64,000 nucleotides of DNA from Candidatus Zixiibacteriota bacterium (lineage in GTDB: Bacteria > Zixibacteria > MSB-5A5 > GN15 > JAAZOE01): the NCBI GenBank assembly GCA_043819555.1, contig JBDREQ010000073.1, positions 192,001 through 256,000 of the forward strand, written 5' to 3'. Below are positions 19,037-28,783 of the stretch, one piece after another; within the stretch, counting starts at the first letter, position 1, and each line of letters opens with the position of its first letter. The position numbers were made by a program, and so were the translations under genes. Under the pieces are notes generated by a model. The model ran no database searches. It was not told the origin of the DNA and saw nothing but the letters and a program-made list of their open reading frames with translations.

Positions 19037-19597
19037 GTGAGTACAGCTGGTAAAAAACCGGAAATAATTTTTCTTTGCGGATTTTCAGGTTCCGGAAAAA
19101 CGGAAACGGGCGAAATTCTCGCTCAAAAACTAAATTATTCATTTACTGATACGGATTCGGTAATTGAACAACAAATGGGCAAGACAATTCCAGAGATTTT
19201 TGCTCGTTCTGGCGAGGCAAAATTCAGATTTGCGGAAAACGATGTAATTCGAATGGCGACTATGCATCGGCCCCAGGTCATTACTTTGGGCGGCGGGGCC
19301 ATTCATGATAAGTATATGCTGGCCTACCTTAAATCAAACGGTTATATAATCTATTTGCGAACAACGCCCGAGACGATTTATAACCGATTACAAAAAAGTC
19401 ACATTCGTCCGATGCTGCAAGTAATTAATCGGGATGAAAAACCGGACGAAAATAAAGTAATGGACCGCATCAGACAATTACTCAATGAACGAGAAGAAAT
19501 CTATCTTAAGGCAGATAAAGTAATTGACACTGAGGATAAATCATGCGAAGAAGTCGCCCAGGAAATTAAATATATTTGGGATTGCAATGACGCGTAA
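19037..19597 (+). CDS. aroK: Shikimate kinase
   Basis: GFSGSGKT P-loop, DTD, GE..FR..E, LGGG, RP. Confidence 0.93.
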   Translation: MSTAGKKPEIIFLCGFSGSGKTETGEILAQKLNYSFTDTDSVIEQQMGKTIPEIFARSGEAKFRFAENDVIRMATMHRPQVITLGGGAIHDKYMLAYLKSNGYIIYLRTTPETIYNRLQKSHIRPMLQVINRDEKPDENKVMDRIRQLLNEREEIYLKADKVIDTEDKSCEEVAQEIKYIWDCNDA

Positions 19598-20693
19598 AGA
19601 CGATTTTGTCGTAAGGGCTGGGGAAATCCGCTATCCGGTATTATTTTCGCCGGCGATAAAAAGGATTGCGGCTCTTGTCAAAAATTCGGCAAAAATAATT
19701 ATTATATCCAATCCAAATGTTTTTGCATTGCATGGGAAGAAATTCATCGACAGGTTTATGCAACCCACTAAAGAATGCCACAATATAATTATCGGCGACG
19801 GCGAAAAGTACAAAACTATCCAGACCGTGAACAAATTATACGATCATTTCTTCGATATTGGACTGAGCCGTAAAGATACCATTATAGCTTTGGGCGGCGG
19901 AGTTGTGGGAGATACTGCAGGATTTGCGGCGGCTACTTTTAAGAGAGGCGTCAATCTGATCCAGGCGCCGACATCGGTGTTGGCTATGGTTGATTCTTCA
20001 ATAGGCGGTAAGGTCGGAATTAATCACTCGCTGGGAAAGAATCTAATTGGCGCTTTTTTTCAGCCCGGGGCGGTTATTGTTTTTCCGGAGTGGCTTTTGA
20101 CATTGGGGCAAAGAGAGATTATAGGGGGTTTTGCGGAAATAATCAAAACGGGTTTTCTTTCCGGTCGCACGTTTCTCAAATCTCTGGCATCATTTAAGGC
20201 ATTAGATATGATTAAGCCCGATGTCAATTTAATAAAGTTAATTAAAATATCAATGCGATTTAAAGCTTCCATCGTTGCCCGTGATGCGCATGAAAGTGAT
20301 TTGCGGCGCATTCTGAATTTTGGTCATACTTTTGGACATGCTATCGAAAAAACCGAAGGATTTAAAAGATATCGTCATGGGGAAGCAGTTCTGGCTGGTA
20401 TGATTGGAGCTCTTTATCTATCACATTCGGCAGGCCATCTTAATTTGAAAAATATGAACGAAGCGCTGGATGTGATTGAGCCATATGTTCCGCACTTAAA
20501 GCCCCTGAGAAATGACATCCCCGCTTATTTATCTCCGATGCGTGTCGATAAAAAAAATGAGAATGGAAAACATATATTTGTTCTTCTAAAGGATATCGGG
20601 CGGCCTCATATTACTGAGATAAATTCAAAAAGGAAAATTTCAGAGGCCATTAAATTTATGTGTGATTTTGTCAATCACCGATTGGAAAAATGA
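19587..20693 (+). CDS. aroB: 3-dehydroquinate synthase
   Basis: GEKYK, ALGGGVVGD, PT..LAMVDSSIGGK.G.N, LNFGHTFGHA, HGEAV. Confidence 0.95.
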   Translation: MTRKDDFVVRAGEIRYPVLFSPAIKRIAALVKNSAKIIIISNPNVFALHGKKFIDRFMQPTKECHNIIIGDGEKYKTIQTVNKLYDHFFDIGLSRKDTIIALGGGVVGDTAGFAAATFKRGVNLIQAPTSVLAMVDSSIGGKVGINHSLGKNLIGAFFQPGAVIVFPEWLLTLGQREIIGGFAEIIKTGFLSGRTFLKSLASFKALDMIKPDVNLIKLIKISMRFKASIVARDAHESDLRRILNFGHTFGHAIEKTEGFKRYRHGEAVLAGMIGALYLSHSAGHLNLKNMNEALDVIEPYVPHLKPLRNDIPAYLSPMRVDKKNENGKHIFVLLKDIGRPHITEINSKRKISEAIKFMCDFVNHRLEK

Positions 20694-21118
20694 AACGAAT
20701 TCTGTTTATAAACGGACCGAACTTGAATATGCTGGGAATGAGAGAACCGGAAATTTACGGAACTAAAACATTGCCTGAAATTATTGAAATGGCCCGGATG
20801 CAAGCCGCGGGGCAGGGGTGTGAAATAGAAGCATTCCAGAGCAATCATGAGGGGGCTTTGATTGATTTTATTCAGAATAAGTACCGGGATTCTGACGGCA
20901 TAATAATAAATCCCGGCGCCCTGACGCACTATAGTTATTCTCTGCGGGATTGCCTGGCCGCGACCGGCCTCCCGATAATCGAGGTTCACGTCTCCGACAT
21001 TCAGAAGCGTGAAGATTGGCGAAAGAAATCGGTTGTATCCGAAATTTGCGCCGAAGTAATAAGTGGCCGGGGAATTGGTGGTTATTTCACAGCCCTGGAA
21101 TATTTCAAAGACAAATAA
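20690..21118 (+). CDS. aroQ: Type II 3-dehydroquinate dehydratase
   Basis: NGPNLNMLG.REPEIYG, QSNHEG, INPGALTHYS, EVHVS. Confidence 0.96.
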   Translation: MKRILFINGPNLNMLGMREPEIYGTKTLPEIIEMARMQAAGQGCEIEAFQSNHEGALIDFIQNKYRDSDGIIINPGALTHYSYSLRDCLAATGLPIIEVHVSDIQKREDWRKKSVVSEICAEVISGRGIGGYFTALEYFKDK

Positions 21119-21226
21119 GAAGGATTTATCAGGGCGGCTATTCGGCCTATAGAAAAAAACATCATTTCTTTCAGGTTAGATTGTGAATGAAATTTGACGA
21201 ATAAAAATTAAAGACATATATTGTCC

Positions 21227-21258
21227 GCGGAGGTTTATTAAATTACTTCCGCTTTTTT
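21227..21258 (+). terminator. Terminator-like hairpin just upstream of the MATE gene
   Basis: GCGGAGGT-TTATTAAATT-ACTTCCGC followed by TTTTTT. Confidence 0.5.
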
Positions 21259-21261
21259 ATT

Positions 21262-22623
21262 ATGGATAAACAGGAAGAAAAATATACGGAAGGTTCAATA
21301 ATCTCTTCAATCTGGCGTCTCGGGTGGCCGGCCGTAACTTCTATGCTTCTGCATACATTGATGACTTTAACGGACACCATCTGGGTCGGGCGCCTTGGTC
21401 CAACCGAAATGGCCGCCGTTCAATCGAGTATTTTTACTATCTGGACCGTGTTTTCCATGCTGATGATTATTTCTACCGGTGTTGTCGCGATTATATCCCG
21501 GGCGGTAGGAGCCGGTCAAACAGATGAAATCGGCAGGATTGGGCGACAGAGCATTTTATTCTCAATTTATGTAGCTATTGGATATAGTATCTTCGGATAT
21601 ATTATTGCCCCGCATGTATTCAATTTTATGGATACCGAAACCGCAGTCAGTCAACTTGGAATCTCTTACTTACGGATTTTCTTTATTGGCGTTCTGTTTT
21701 TCTTCATTAACGATTCCATCTCAGCCATTTTCAGGGCCATTGGAGATACGCGAGCGCCTCTATACGCAACAACAACCGCGGTATTAATCAATATCGTCCT
21801 TGACCCGATCCTGATCTTTGGCTGGCTTGGAATCCCAGCTCTGGGGACTAAAGGAGCAGCCATAGCTACTGTTGTATCTGCCTTCTGCGGAACATTGCTA
21901 TATCTGAATATGATTCGCCGCGGGCGTTTGAAATACTGCCTTAATTTCAGGTTGTTTGAAAAACTCGATTTTGGACTGGCTAAAGCTATCATTAAGATTG
22001 GAAGTCCTCCGGCCACCGCAGGGATGGTTTTTTCGGTTATTTATATCTTCCTGAATAAAATCGCGGCTCAATTCGGAACAATTTCGATCGCCGCTTTAAC
22101 CGTCGGCAATCGTATGGAATCGTTGTCATACTTGATTTGCTTTGGATTTTCAATAGCGGCGACGACGATGGTCGGACAAAACCTCGGCGCTGGTAAACCG
22201 TATCGTGCCGCCAAATCAGCCTGGATGTCGGTTGCCATCTGTGCCGGATGGACATTATTCATTTCGATTCTTTTTCTGATTTTCCCTGATTTGTTATCGA
22301 GGATTTTTACCAGTGATGAAAAGGTGATCGCAATTGCAATAAACTATCTCCGAATTTTGGCATTGTCGCAAATATTTATGGCCGCCGAAATAGTCCTTGA
22401 GGGGGCTTTTGCCGGGGCTGGGAATACGGTTCCTCCGATGGTAATTTCAATCCCGGGAACAGTAATCAGGCTTCCGATGGCATATTATCTCTGTTTTGAA
22501 ACAGGCCTGGGTATTGATGGCCTCTGGTGGACGCTGACTATCACGACCTGGATAAAGGCACTCATTATGATGTACTGGTTTTATCTCGGCCGATGGAAAA
22601 AAACGGGAATTATAAAAACATAG
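21262..22623 (+). CDS. MATE family efflux transporter
   Basis: DTIWVGRLG, RAIGDTR.PL, INIVLDPILIFG, GAAIAT, VGQNLGAG. Confidence 0.94.
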   Translation: MDKQEEKYTEGSIISSIWRLGWPAVTSMLLHTLMTLTDTIWVGRLGPTEMAAVQSSIFTIWTVFSMLMIISTGVVAIISRAVGAGQTDEIGRIGRQSILFSIYVAIGYSIFGYIIAPHVFNFMDTETAVSQLGISYLRIFFIGVLFFFINDSISAIFRAIGDTRAPLYATTTAVLINIVLDPILIFGWLGIPALGTKGAAIATVVSAFCGTLLYLNMIRRGRLKYCLNFRLFEKLDFGLAKAIIKIGSPPATAGMVFSVIYIFLNKIAAQFGTISIAALTVGNRMESLSYLICFGFSIAATTMVGQNLGAGKPYRAAKSAWMSVAICAGWTLFISILFLIFPDLLSRIFTSDEKVIAIAINYLRILALSQIFMAAEIVLEGAFAGAGNTVPPMVISIPGTVIRLPMAYYLCFETGLGIDGLWWTLTITTWIKALIMMYWFYLGRWKKTGIIKT

Positions 22624-22693
22624 ATGACAAACAAAGGAATTTTCTATATTTTTTGAACATTATAACTGAAGCAGGATACGAAAGGGCTCTCAA

Positions 22694-23455
22694 TTGGAAA
22701 AGTATATCAGATTTGAAAAGAATGGAAAGTCGGGGTATGGACGAATAGAGAAGGATAAAGTAATAATTCTGAGTGGCCCATATTGGCAGGGCCATATTGA
22801 AACCGAAGAATCGGTAATCCTGGATGAAATAAAACTGCTGTGCCCGGTGCAACCGACAAAAATCATGTGTGTCGGCCTTAATTATCGCAAACATGTTCAA
22901 CATTCACAGTCGGCAACGGTAGCTCCCAAGACACCGGTGCTTTTTATGAAACCACCCAGCTCGCTATTGGGACCGAGCGGCGCTATTGTTTATCCGGATA
23001 ATTGTGATCGGGTTGATTATGAGGCCGAACTCGGAGTTGTTATCGGCAGCCGTGGCCGGAAAATTCCCCCTGAAAAAGTATTTGAGCATATCTTTGGCTA
23101 TACTTGTCTAAATGACGTAACCGCTCGACACATACAAAAAGACGATGGTCAATGGACGCGGGGAAAAGGATTCGATACTTTTTGCCCGGTAGGTCCTCAT
23201 GTGGTGACGGAAATCAATCCCATGAATCTGCAGGTCGAAGCATATTTGAACGGTGAACAAAAGCAATCGGGGAACACGTCCGAAATGTTATTTCCCATCC
23301 CGGAACTAATTAGCTTTATTTCCTCGGTTATGACTCTGGAACCTGGAGATATTATCGCTACCGGAACTCCCGAGGGCATCGATCCGATGCAAATTGGGGA
23401 CGAAGTCGAGATTAGGATTGAAAAGATAGGTTCATTATTCAATAAAGTTGTATAA
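22694..23455 (+). CDS. Fumarylacetoacetate hydrolase family protein
   Basis: CVGLNY..H, LFMKP, DYEAEL, NDVTAR, KGFDTFCP, LEPGDIIATGTP. Confidence 0.93.
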   Translation: MEKYIRFEKNGKSGYGRIEKDKVIILSGPYWQGHIETEESVILDEIKLLCPVQPTKIMCVGLNYRKHVQHSQSATVAPKTPVLFMKPPSSLLGPSGAIVYPDNCDRVDYEAELGVVIGSRGRKIPPEKVFEHIFGYTCLNDVTARHIQKDDGQWTRGKGFDTFCPVGPHVVTEINPMNLQVEAYLNGEQKQSGNTSEMLFPIPELISFISSVMTLEPGDIIATGTPEGIDPMQIGDEVEIRIEKIGSLFNKVV

Positions 23456-23485
23456 TTATTGAAAGAATTCTGAAGCGGAGATTAA

Positions 23486-24676
23486 ATGACAGAAAGGTTA
23501 TATTACGCCGATAGCTATCTGAAAGAATTTACCGCGTCGGTCGAATCGGTGATTAAGGTCGATGAATATTATCATGTTCTTTTGGATCGGACGGCTTTTT
23601 ATCCTACCTCCGGCGGACAGTTATTTGATACCGGCTGTCTATCAAATGAAAAAGTCATTGATGTCATTGAATCAGCTGGTGATGTGATTCATATTCTTGA
23701 AGAAAAACCTGTCTTTCAGCCCGGAGACGAAGTCAGCGGCAAAATTGATTGGGAGCGCAGGCGGGAAAATATGCAAAAACATACCGGCCAACATATACTT
23801 TCACAATCCTTTATTCAAATATGCAATGCTGTTACCGTCAGCGCTCGTCTGGGCGAGGATGACAGCACAATTGATCTCGATGTTTCTCAATTAAATAATA
23901 ATTCCATAATTGATACAGAAAATATGGCCAATCAAATTATTTTTGAGAATAGGCCAGTTTCCACAAAATATATTCCGGCCGCTGAATTACAACAATATCC
24001 ATTACGAAAGATTCCCGACCGAGGCGATGATAATTACCGCGTCATAAATATTGGTAATTTTGATTGGTCGGCATGCGGAGGAACGCACTGTGCCGCGACC
24101 GGTTCGGTTGGATTAATTAAAATAACGGGGCAGGAAAAAATCAGGGGAAAACTTCGATTTCACTTTCTTACAGGCCTAAAAGCTCTGGAAGATTATCGCT
24201 GGCGTTTTACTCAGGTTGAAGATATTTCAAATCTCTTTTCGTGTCATGGCCGCGATTCTCTCAAAATGATTGAAAATATTCTCACCGAAAATAATGATTT
24301 GAAGCGAGAGAAAATTGAAATGAGAAGAAAAATGATGCCCTCTTTAGTGGAAGAATGGATTGCCGCTGCAAAAGATATAAACGGATTAAAAGTAATAAGC
24401 GCGGACATGGCCGGAGAAGATTTTGAATTTGTCCGCAATGCGGCCCTATCCACGACAAATAATCACAAAGCAGTAGTCCTTATCGGTGTTGGAGGCAGGC
24501 TGTTGGCCGCTGTTTCAAAAAGCCTCCCGATATCGGCTTCGGATATCATGAAAAATGCGTGTCAGAAATACGGGGGCAAGGGGGGAGGAACACCGGAATT
24601 GGCCCAGGGAGGCGGCTTCACACCAGACGATCTGAAAATTTTAATTGCTCATCCGGAAAAAGTAATCGATATATAA
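23486..24676 (+). CDS. AlaX-type tRNA editing protein with C-terminal DHHA1
   Basis: T.FYPTSGGQ..D.G, HTGQH and CGGTH Zn motifs, GGKGGG...AQGG. Confidence 0.9.
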   Translation: MTERLYYADSYLKEFTASVESVIKVDEYYHVLLDRTAFYPTSGGQLFDTGCLSNEKVIDVIESAGDVIHILEEKPVFQPGDEVSGKIDWERRRENMQKHTGQHILSQSFIQICNAVTVSARLGEDDSTIDLDVSQLNNNSIIDTENMANQIIFENRPVSTKYIPAAELQQYPLRKIPDRGDDNYRVINIGNFDWSACGGTHCAATGSVGLIKITGQEKIRGKLRFHFLTGLKALEDYRWRFTQVEDISNLFSCHGRDSLKMIENILTENNDLKREKIEMRRKMMPSLVEEWIAAAKDINGLKVISADMAGEDFEFVRNAALSTTNNHKAVVLIGVGGRLLAAVSKSLPISASDIMKNACQKYGGKGGGTPELAQGGGFTPDDLKILIAHPEKVIDI

Positions 24677-24679
24677 CCG

Positions 24680-27600
24680 ATGCGATATGTAATTTACATT
24701 TTTGCCCTAATTATCCTTGCCCTATCATTTGTCACTTCAGTCACCGCGCAGGATGAAAAGCGTACCGTACTTTTTGATGAGTTTGATTTTCTCGATATGA
24801 AAACCACGGATAGCGGTATTGTCTGGTATGGTTGGGGACGGGGATGGTTCCGCATCGATTCTACCTGGATTTATTCCGATTCGGTCGTCTGGCTCCAGGA
24901 CAAAAACATTATTCACTTTTTTGGAGGGGTTGAAGCTTATGATTCGACTCAGCATGTCTGGGCTGAGAAAATTAGTTACTACCATGCCGATTCGGTCTTA
25001 ATCGCCTATGGTAATGCGATTTTAATACATAATATCGATTCAGTTCGCGCCGAAGCGCAATATATCGAGTATGACGTAGCCAATAAAATTATCGTATTGG
25101 AAAATGATCCATGGCTCTATTTGAATTACCCTGATTATAAAAACCTTGTGACAATCAGCGCGAAATATTTGACATTTTTTAGAGATGAGCAGATCGGTAT
25201 GGCCGAGGAAAACGTCCGGATCGATCATTCGGGAACCAAGGCCATTTGCGGATGCGCCGAGTTTTACAAAGAAGCCAATTTGTTATCTTTGATGGATGAG
25301 CCGGTCGCGACCCGAGATTCATCGACCATTACCGGAAATTATATGAATATAATATTTAAATCACAGACGGTTGGCAGAATTGAAGTCAATGACAGCGCCA
25401 TTGCGTATTTTGTCGAACAGTCGGATTCAACCACCGGTGAATTTTCTGGCGAGTCAACCTTAACCGGCAAAGACATTACGTTTTTCTTCAAAGATAATGA
25501 TGTTAGGAAAATTGTTGCAAGCGGGGCAGCCCGTTCGGAGTATCTGCCTTCGCCGGAGGATACAACCGGAACGGGGAAAAATTATGTCTCAGGGGATTCA
25601 ATTTTTATTTACATAAAAGATAGAGTGATCACGAAGGCGGAGGTGAGGGGAGGCGCAGAAGGTATATATATAACCGAAAGTGAACCTGCCCCGATAGATT
25701 CGCTGAATGATTCGGTGATAGCGTTGGGCGATACGCTTTCAAAACATCCCTGCGACACCTGCTATACCTTATTGACAACTGAAGATAGCTTTATTAATCG
25801 AAATTCTGATGACACTCTGATTTTAGATGATAGCATGAAGATATCATCAGAATATTTAGTCGCCGAAGATTCAATTCATTATCAGGGCGCCTTTCTGGAG
25901 TTTTTCTCCAAAGAAAGAATCCTTGGAGTAACCACCGATGCCATGGTTAGACAGGGTTCGGTTTTATTGACAGCCGATAAGATCAATTATAATATCCCCG
26001 ATCATATTATCACGGCAAATGCATTGGTCAATTCCGATGACAGCATACCGACGATCGTACCGCTGTCATTAAAAGACGGAAGTGAAGAGATTTTTGGATC
26101 CAGACTGGTATTTAATGCTGATACTAAAAAAGGTTTAATCGAAAACTCCAATACCCGTTTTGAGAGAACTCAATATCATGGCGAAGACCTATATAAAGAA
26201 GATGAAAAGATATTTTATGTGGAAAATAGCGTACTGATTCCGTGCGAAAAGGAAAACGCTCATTTCCATTTTCACTCAAAAAAAATGAAAATAATCCAGG
26301 ATGACCGTGTAATCGCCCGGCCGGTACGATTGTACCTTTATAAACTCCCGGTAGCATATATCCCATATTATGTTTTCCCTCTAAAGCGGGGACGCCATTC
26401 CGGGATGTTACCGATACGCCTTGGAAATTTCGAGCAGGGAAATAGATTTATCGGAAATATCGGATATTACTGGGCCGCCTCGGAGTATTGGGATATTGAA
26501 AGTTCCCTTGACTTCTTTGAAAATATCGGCATTACCCTTAATGGATTATTCCGATATAATAAGCGCTACGAGTATTCCGGTTATGTGCGGGGTAACTTCT
26601 CACGTGAAAGCCGGGAATTGGCTTTCAATGAACAACGAAGCCGCCGCTGGTCGTTGAGCGGAAGCCATTCGCAAACTCTGCCGTATGAAATTAAATTTGG
26701 CGCCTCCGGTACTTTTGTTTCCGATGAAAGTTATTATAGCGATTATTCAACCAATCCCGATGAACGGCGCAATCGAAATATTCGATCGCAGGCCAATTTC
26801 AATAAGAGCTTTGGCGGTTCGTCTTTGTCCCTCTCCTTTAATCATCAGGATAATCTTGATTCCGATTCTCGTTCAAGTAATCTGCCCAGTGGAAGGTTTT
26901 CCGTTTCGTCCTTTCAACCCTTCGGCAGTGGCAGAGAAGAAGAAGGACAGACAATAAAAAATTGGTACAATTACCTGCGACTGAGCTATTCCAATAATTT
27001 TGGGTATTTTTCAAGTGCCAGAACTCTGCATAATGCCGTGATCGATACGACAATTATTGGTGTCGATAGTTTGATTCTTTCCAGTCGGGATTCGACATCC
27101 AAAACTATCAAGAAATATTCTTTTATTGACCACTCAATGTCGCTAACGGCTTCGCAGAAGTTATTTGAATATATATCTATAAGTCCGCGGGTTAGTTTTC
27201 AGGAAACGTGGTATTTTATCCCGGAAACTGATCAGGCTCATGATGCGGGAATTCCAGCTAATCGTTCGTATCGCCGTGGAGCGATTTCGGCCGGGATATC
27301 GAGCAATACCAATCTGTACGGCACTTTTCCGATTAACCTGTTCGGTCTTCAAGCTCTGCGGCATGTCATGACTCCTTCGATTGGCTTCAATTGGGCGCCA
27401 TTTATAAATAAAAACAATCCCGTGAAGAACTTTGTTGGCAGGGGAGGCGGGGGAGGGCGTCAGATGGCAATGAGTATGACTCTTACGAATTTGATTCAAG
27501 CAAAGATTAAACAGGGAGAAAAAGAGAATAAACTGGATTTATTGCGGGTCTCGTCATCGACAAGTTATAACTTTGAATCATTCGGGAAAAAATTCTCGGA

Positions 27601-28225
27601 TTTGCAAACTGGCATCTCGTCATCAATATTGCGTAAAATTAATCTCAGTGGCAACCTGACTCATGACATGTATGATAAAAACGATAAACTGATTTGGTGG
27701 CGTCCAAGACTCAAAACTTTTTCGCTGAATACGTCATTTCAGGCAAGAGGTTCTGTATCTGATGATTATACGAGAAGTGGCCTGTCTTCTGAGCAGAATT
27801 ATGACGAGGAAGAGCAATACGATACTTCTTCTGCTGTCCCCCCGCCTTATATGCCTGGAGAATCGAGAGAAACTCAAACCGGTTCGACGGTATCATGGAA
27901 TATGAATTTTTCACATAATTACACGGAATCCAGATCCGTAGCGGGAATAGTTTCAAAAACCCACTGGGCCCAGCTTACATTTAATTTGAATGTGACTAAA
28001 AACTGGAAAATAAAATATTCTCAAAGATATGATTTTGTCAAACACCAGACGATTGATAAAATAATCGATATAAATCGAGGTCTGAATTGTTGGGAAGGAC
28101 ATTTTTATTGGATACCAAACGGTTCTCGCCAGGGATTTTATTTCAAATTATTTTTACTTGCCATTCCCGACATCAAAGTTGAAAAATCAGAATCAGGGTT
28201 GCGTGGAGCCTTGTTTAATCGGTAG
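24680..28225 (+). CDS. lptD: LptD-like LPS-assembly outer-membrane protein with extended LptA/OstA-like N-terminus
   Basis: Signal peptide, repeated beta-jellyroll segments, P..YIPY..FP..GR.SG.L.P, GYYWA.S, LRHV.TP, C-terminal R.L.CWE..F.W.P. Confidence 0.75.
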   Translation: MRYVIYIFALIILALSFVTSVTAQDEKRTVLFDEFDFLDMKTTDSGIVWYGWGRGWFRIDSTWIYSDSVVWLQDKNIIHFFGGVEAYDSTQHVWAEKISYYHADSVLIAYGNAILIHNIDSVRAEAQYIEYDVANKIIVLENDPWLYLNYPDYKNLVTISAKYLTFFRDEQIGMAEENVRIDHSGTKAICGCAEFYKEANLLSLMDEPVATRDSSTITGNYMNIIFKSQTVGRIEVNDSAIAYFVEQSDSTTGEFSGESTLTGKDITFFFKDNDVRKIVASGAARSEYLPSPEDTTGTGKNYVSGDSIFIYIKDRVITKAEVRGGAEGIYITESEPAPIDSLNDSVIALGDTLSKHPCDTCYTLLTTEDSFINRNSDDTLILDDSMKISSEYLVAEDSIHYQGAFLEFFSKERILGVTTDAMVRQGSVLLTADKINYNIPDHIITANALVNSDDSIPTIVPLSLKDGSEEIFGSRLVFNADTKKGLIENSNTRFERTQYHGEDLYKEDEKIFYVENSVLIPCEKENAHFHFHSKKMKIIQDDRVIARPVRLYLYKLPVAYIPYYVFPLKRGRHSGMLPIRLGNFEQGNRFIGNIGYYWAASEYWDIESSLDFFENIGITLNGLFRYNKRYEYSGYVRGNFSRESRELAFNEQRSRRWSLSGSHSQTLPYEIKFGASGTFVSDESYYSDYSTNPDERRNRNIRSQANFNKSFGGSSLSLSFNHQDNLDSDSRSSNLPSGRFSVSSFQPFGSGREEEGQTIKNWYNYLRLSYSNNFGYFSSARTLHNAVIDTTIIGVDSLILSSRDSTSKTIKKYSFIDHSMSLTASQKLFEYISISPRVSFQETWYFIPETDQAHDAGIPANRSYRRGAISAGISSNTNLYGTFPINLFGLQALRHVMTPSIGFNWAPFINKNNPVKNFVGRGGGGGRQMAMSMTLTNLIQAKIKQGEKENKLDLLRVSSSTSYNFESFGKKFSDLQTGISSSILRKINLSGNLTHDMYDKNDKLIWWRPRLKTFSLNTSFQARGSVSDDYTRSGLSSEQNYDEEEQYDTSSAVPPPYMPGESRETQTGSTVSWNMNFSHNYTESRSVAGIVSKTHWAQLTFNLNVTKNWKIKYSQRYDFVKHQTIDKIIDINRGLNCWEGHFYWIPNGSRQGFYFKLFLLAIPDIKVEKSESGLRGALFNR

Positions 28226-28332
28226 TTCCGGATAACTATGCCATTTTAGCCAGTAATTTCAAGCGCTTTTGGACGGATATACGCTAAAAGCCCATTTTTC
28301 GGGCTTATTTTGCTATTCTATACTTTTTTTAT

Positions 28333-28362
28333 TTGACAAAGTTTTTAAAAATCAAGTAGATT
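28333..28362 (+). promoter_or_regulatory. Sigma70-type promoter for HU
   Basis: TTGACA-18 bp-TAGATT. Confidence 0.45.
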
Positions 28363-28412
28363 CTTCTCGCATAGTAGAATTGATATAACCATTAACCATG
28401 GAGGTTTTAATA

Positions 28413-28688
28413 ATGACAAGGGATGAATTAATCACAAAAATGGCGAAAGATGCCGGTATTTCAAAGCGTGCAGCAACCGATGCTTTGAAATGTCTCATTG
28501 GCTCAGTCACGACAGCTTTGAAGAAAGGCCAAAAGATGAGTTTCGTTGGATTTGGAACATTTTGCACATCCAGGAGAAAAGCTCGTACCGGCCGTAATCC
28601 TCAAACGGGTGCGTCAATTAAGATTCCGGCCGCAAGAGTACCGAAATTTAAAGCCGGAAAATCTCTCCGCGAAGCCGTTAAGAAGTAA
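28413..28688 (+). CDS. hup: HU family DNA-binding protein
   Basis: SD GGAGG; GFGTF..R.ARTGRNPQTG..I.IPA..VPKFKAGK.L. Confidence 0.96.
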   Translation: MTRDELITKMAKDAGISKRAATDALKCLIGSVTTALKKGQKMSFVGFGTFCTSRRKARTGRNPQTGASIKIPAARVPKFKAGKSLREAVKK

Positions 28689-28708
28689 CTTTAGTAATAT
28701 TTCCTGAC

Positions 28709-28738
28709 AGGCAGAGTGAATATCACTCTGCCTTTTTT
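28709..28738 (+). terminator. Intrinsic terminator after HU
   Basis: AGGCAGAGTGA-ATA-TCACTCTGCCT followed by a T tract. Confidence 0.9.
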
Positions 28739-28783
28739 GTTGACCGGCACAGGATTCTATTATTACCCTTAAACTGGATTGAA

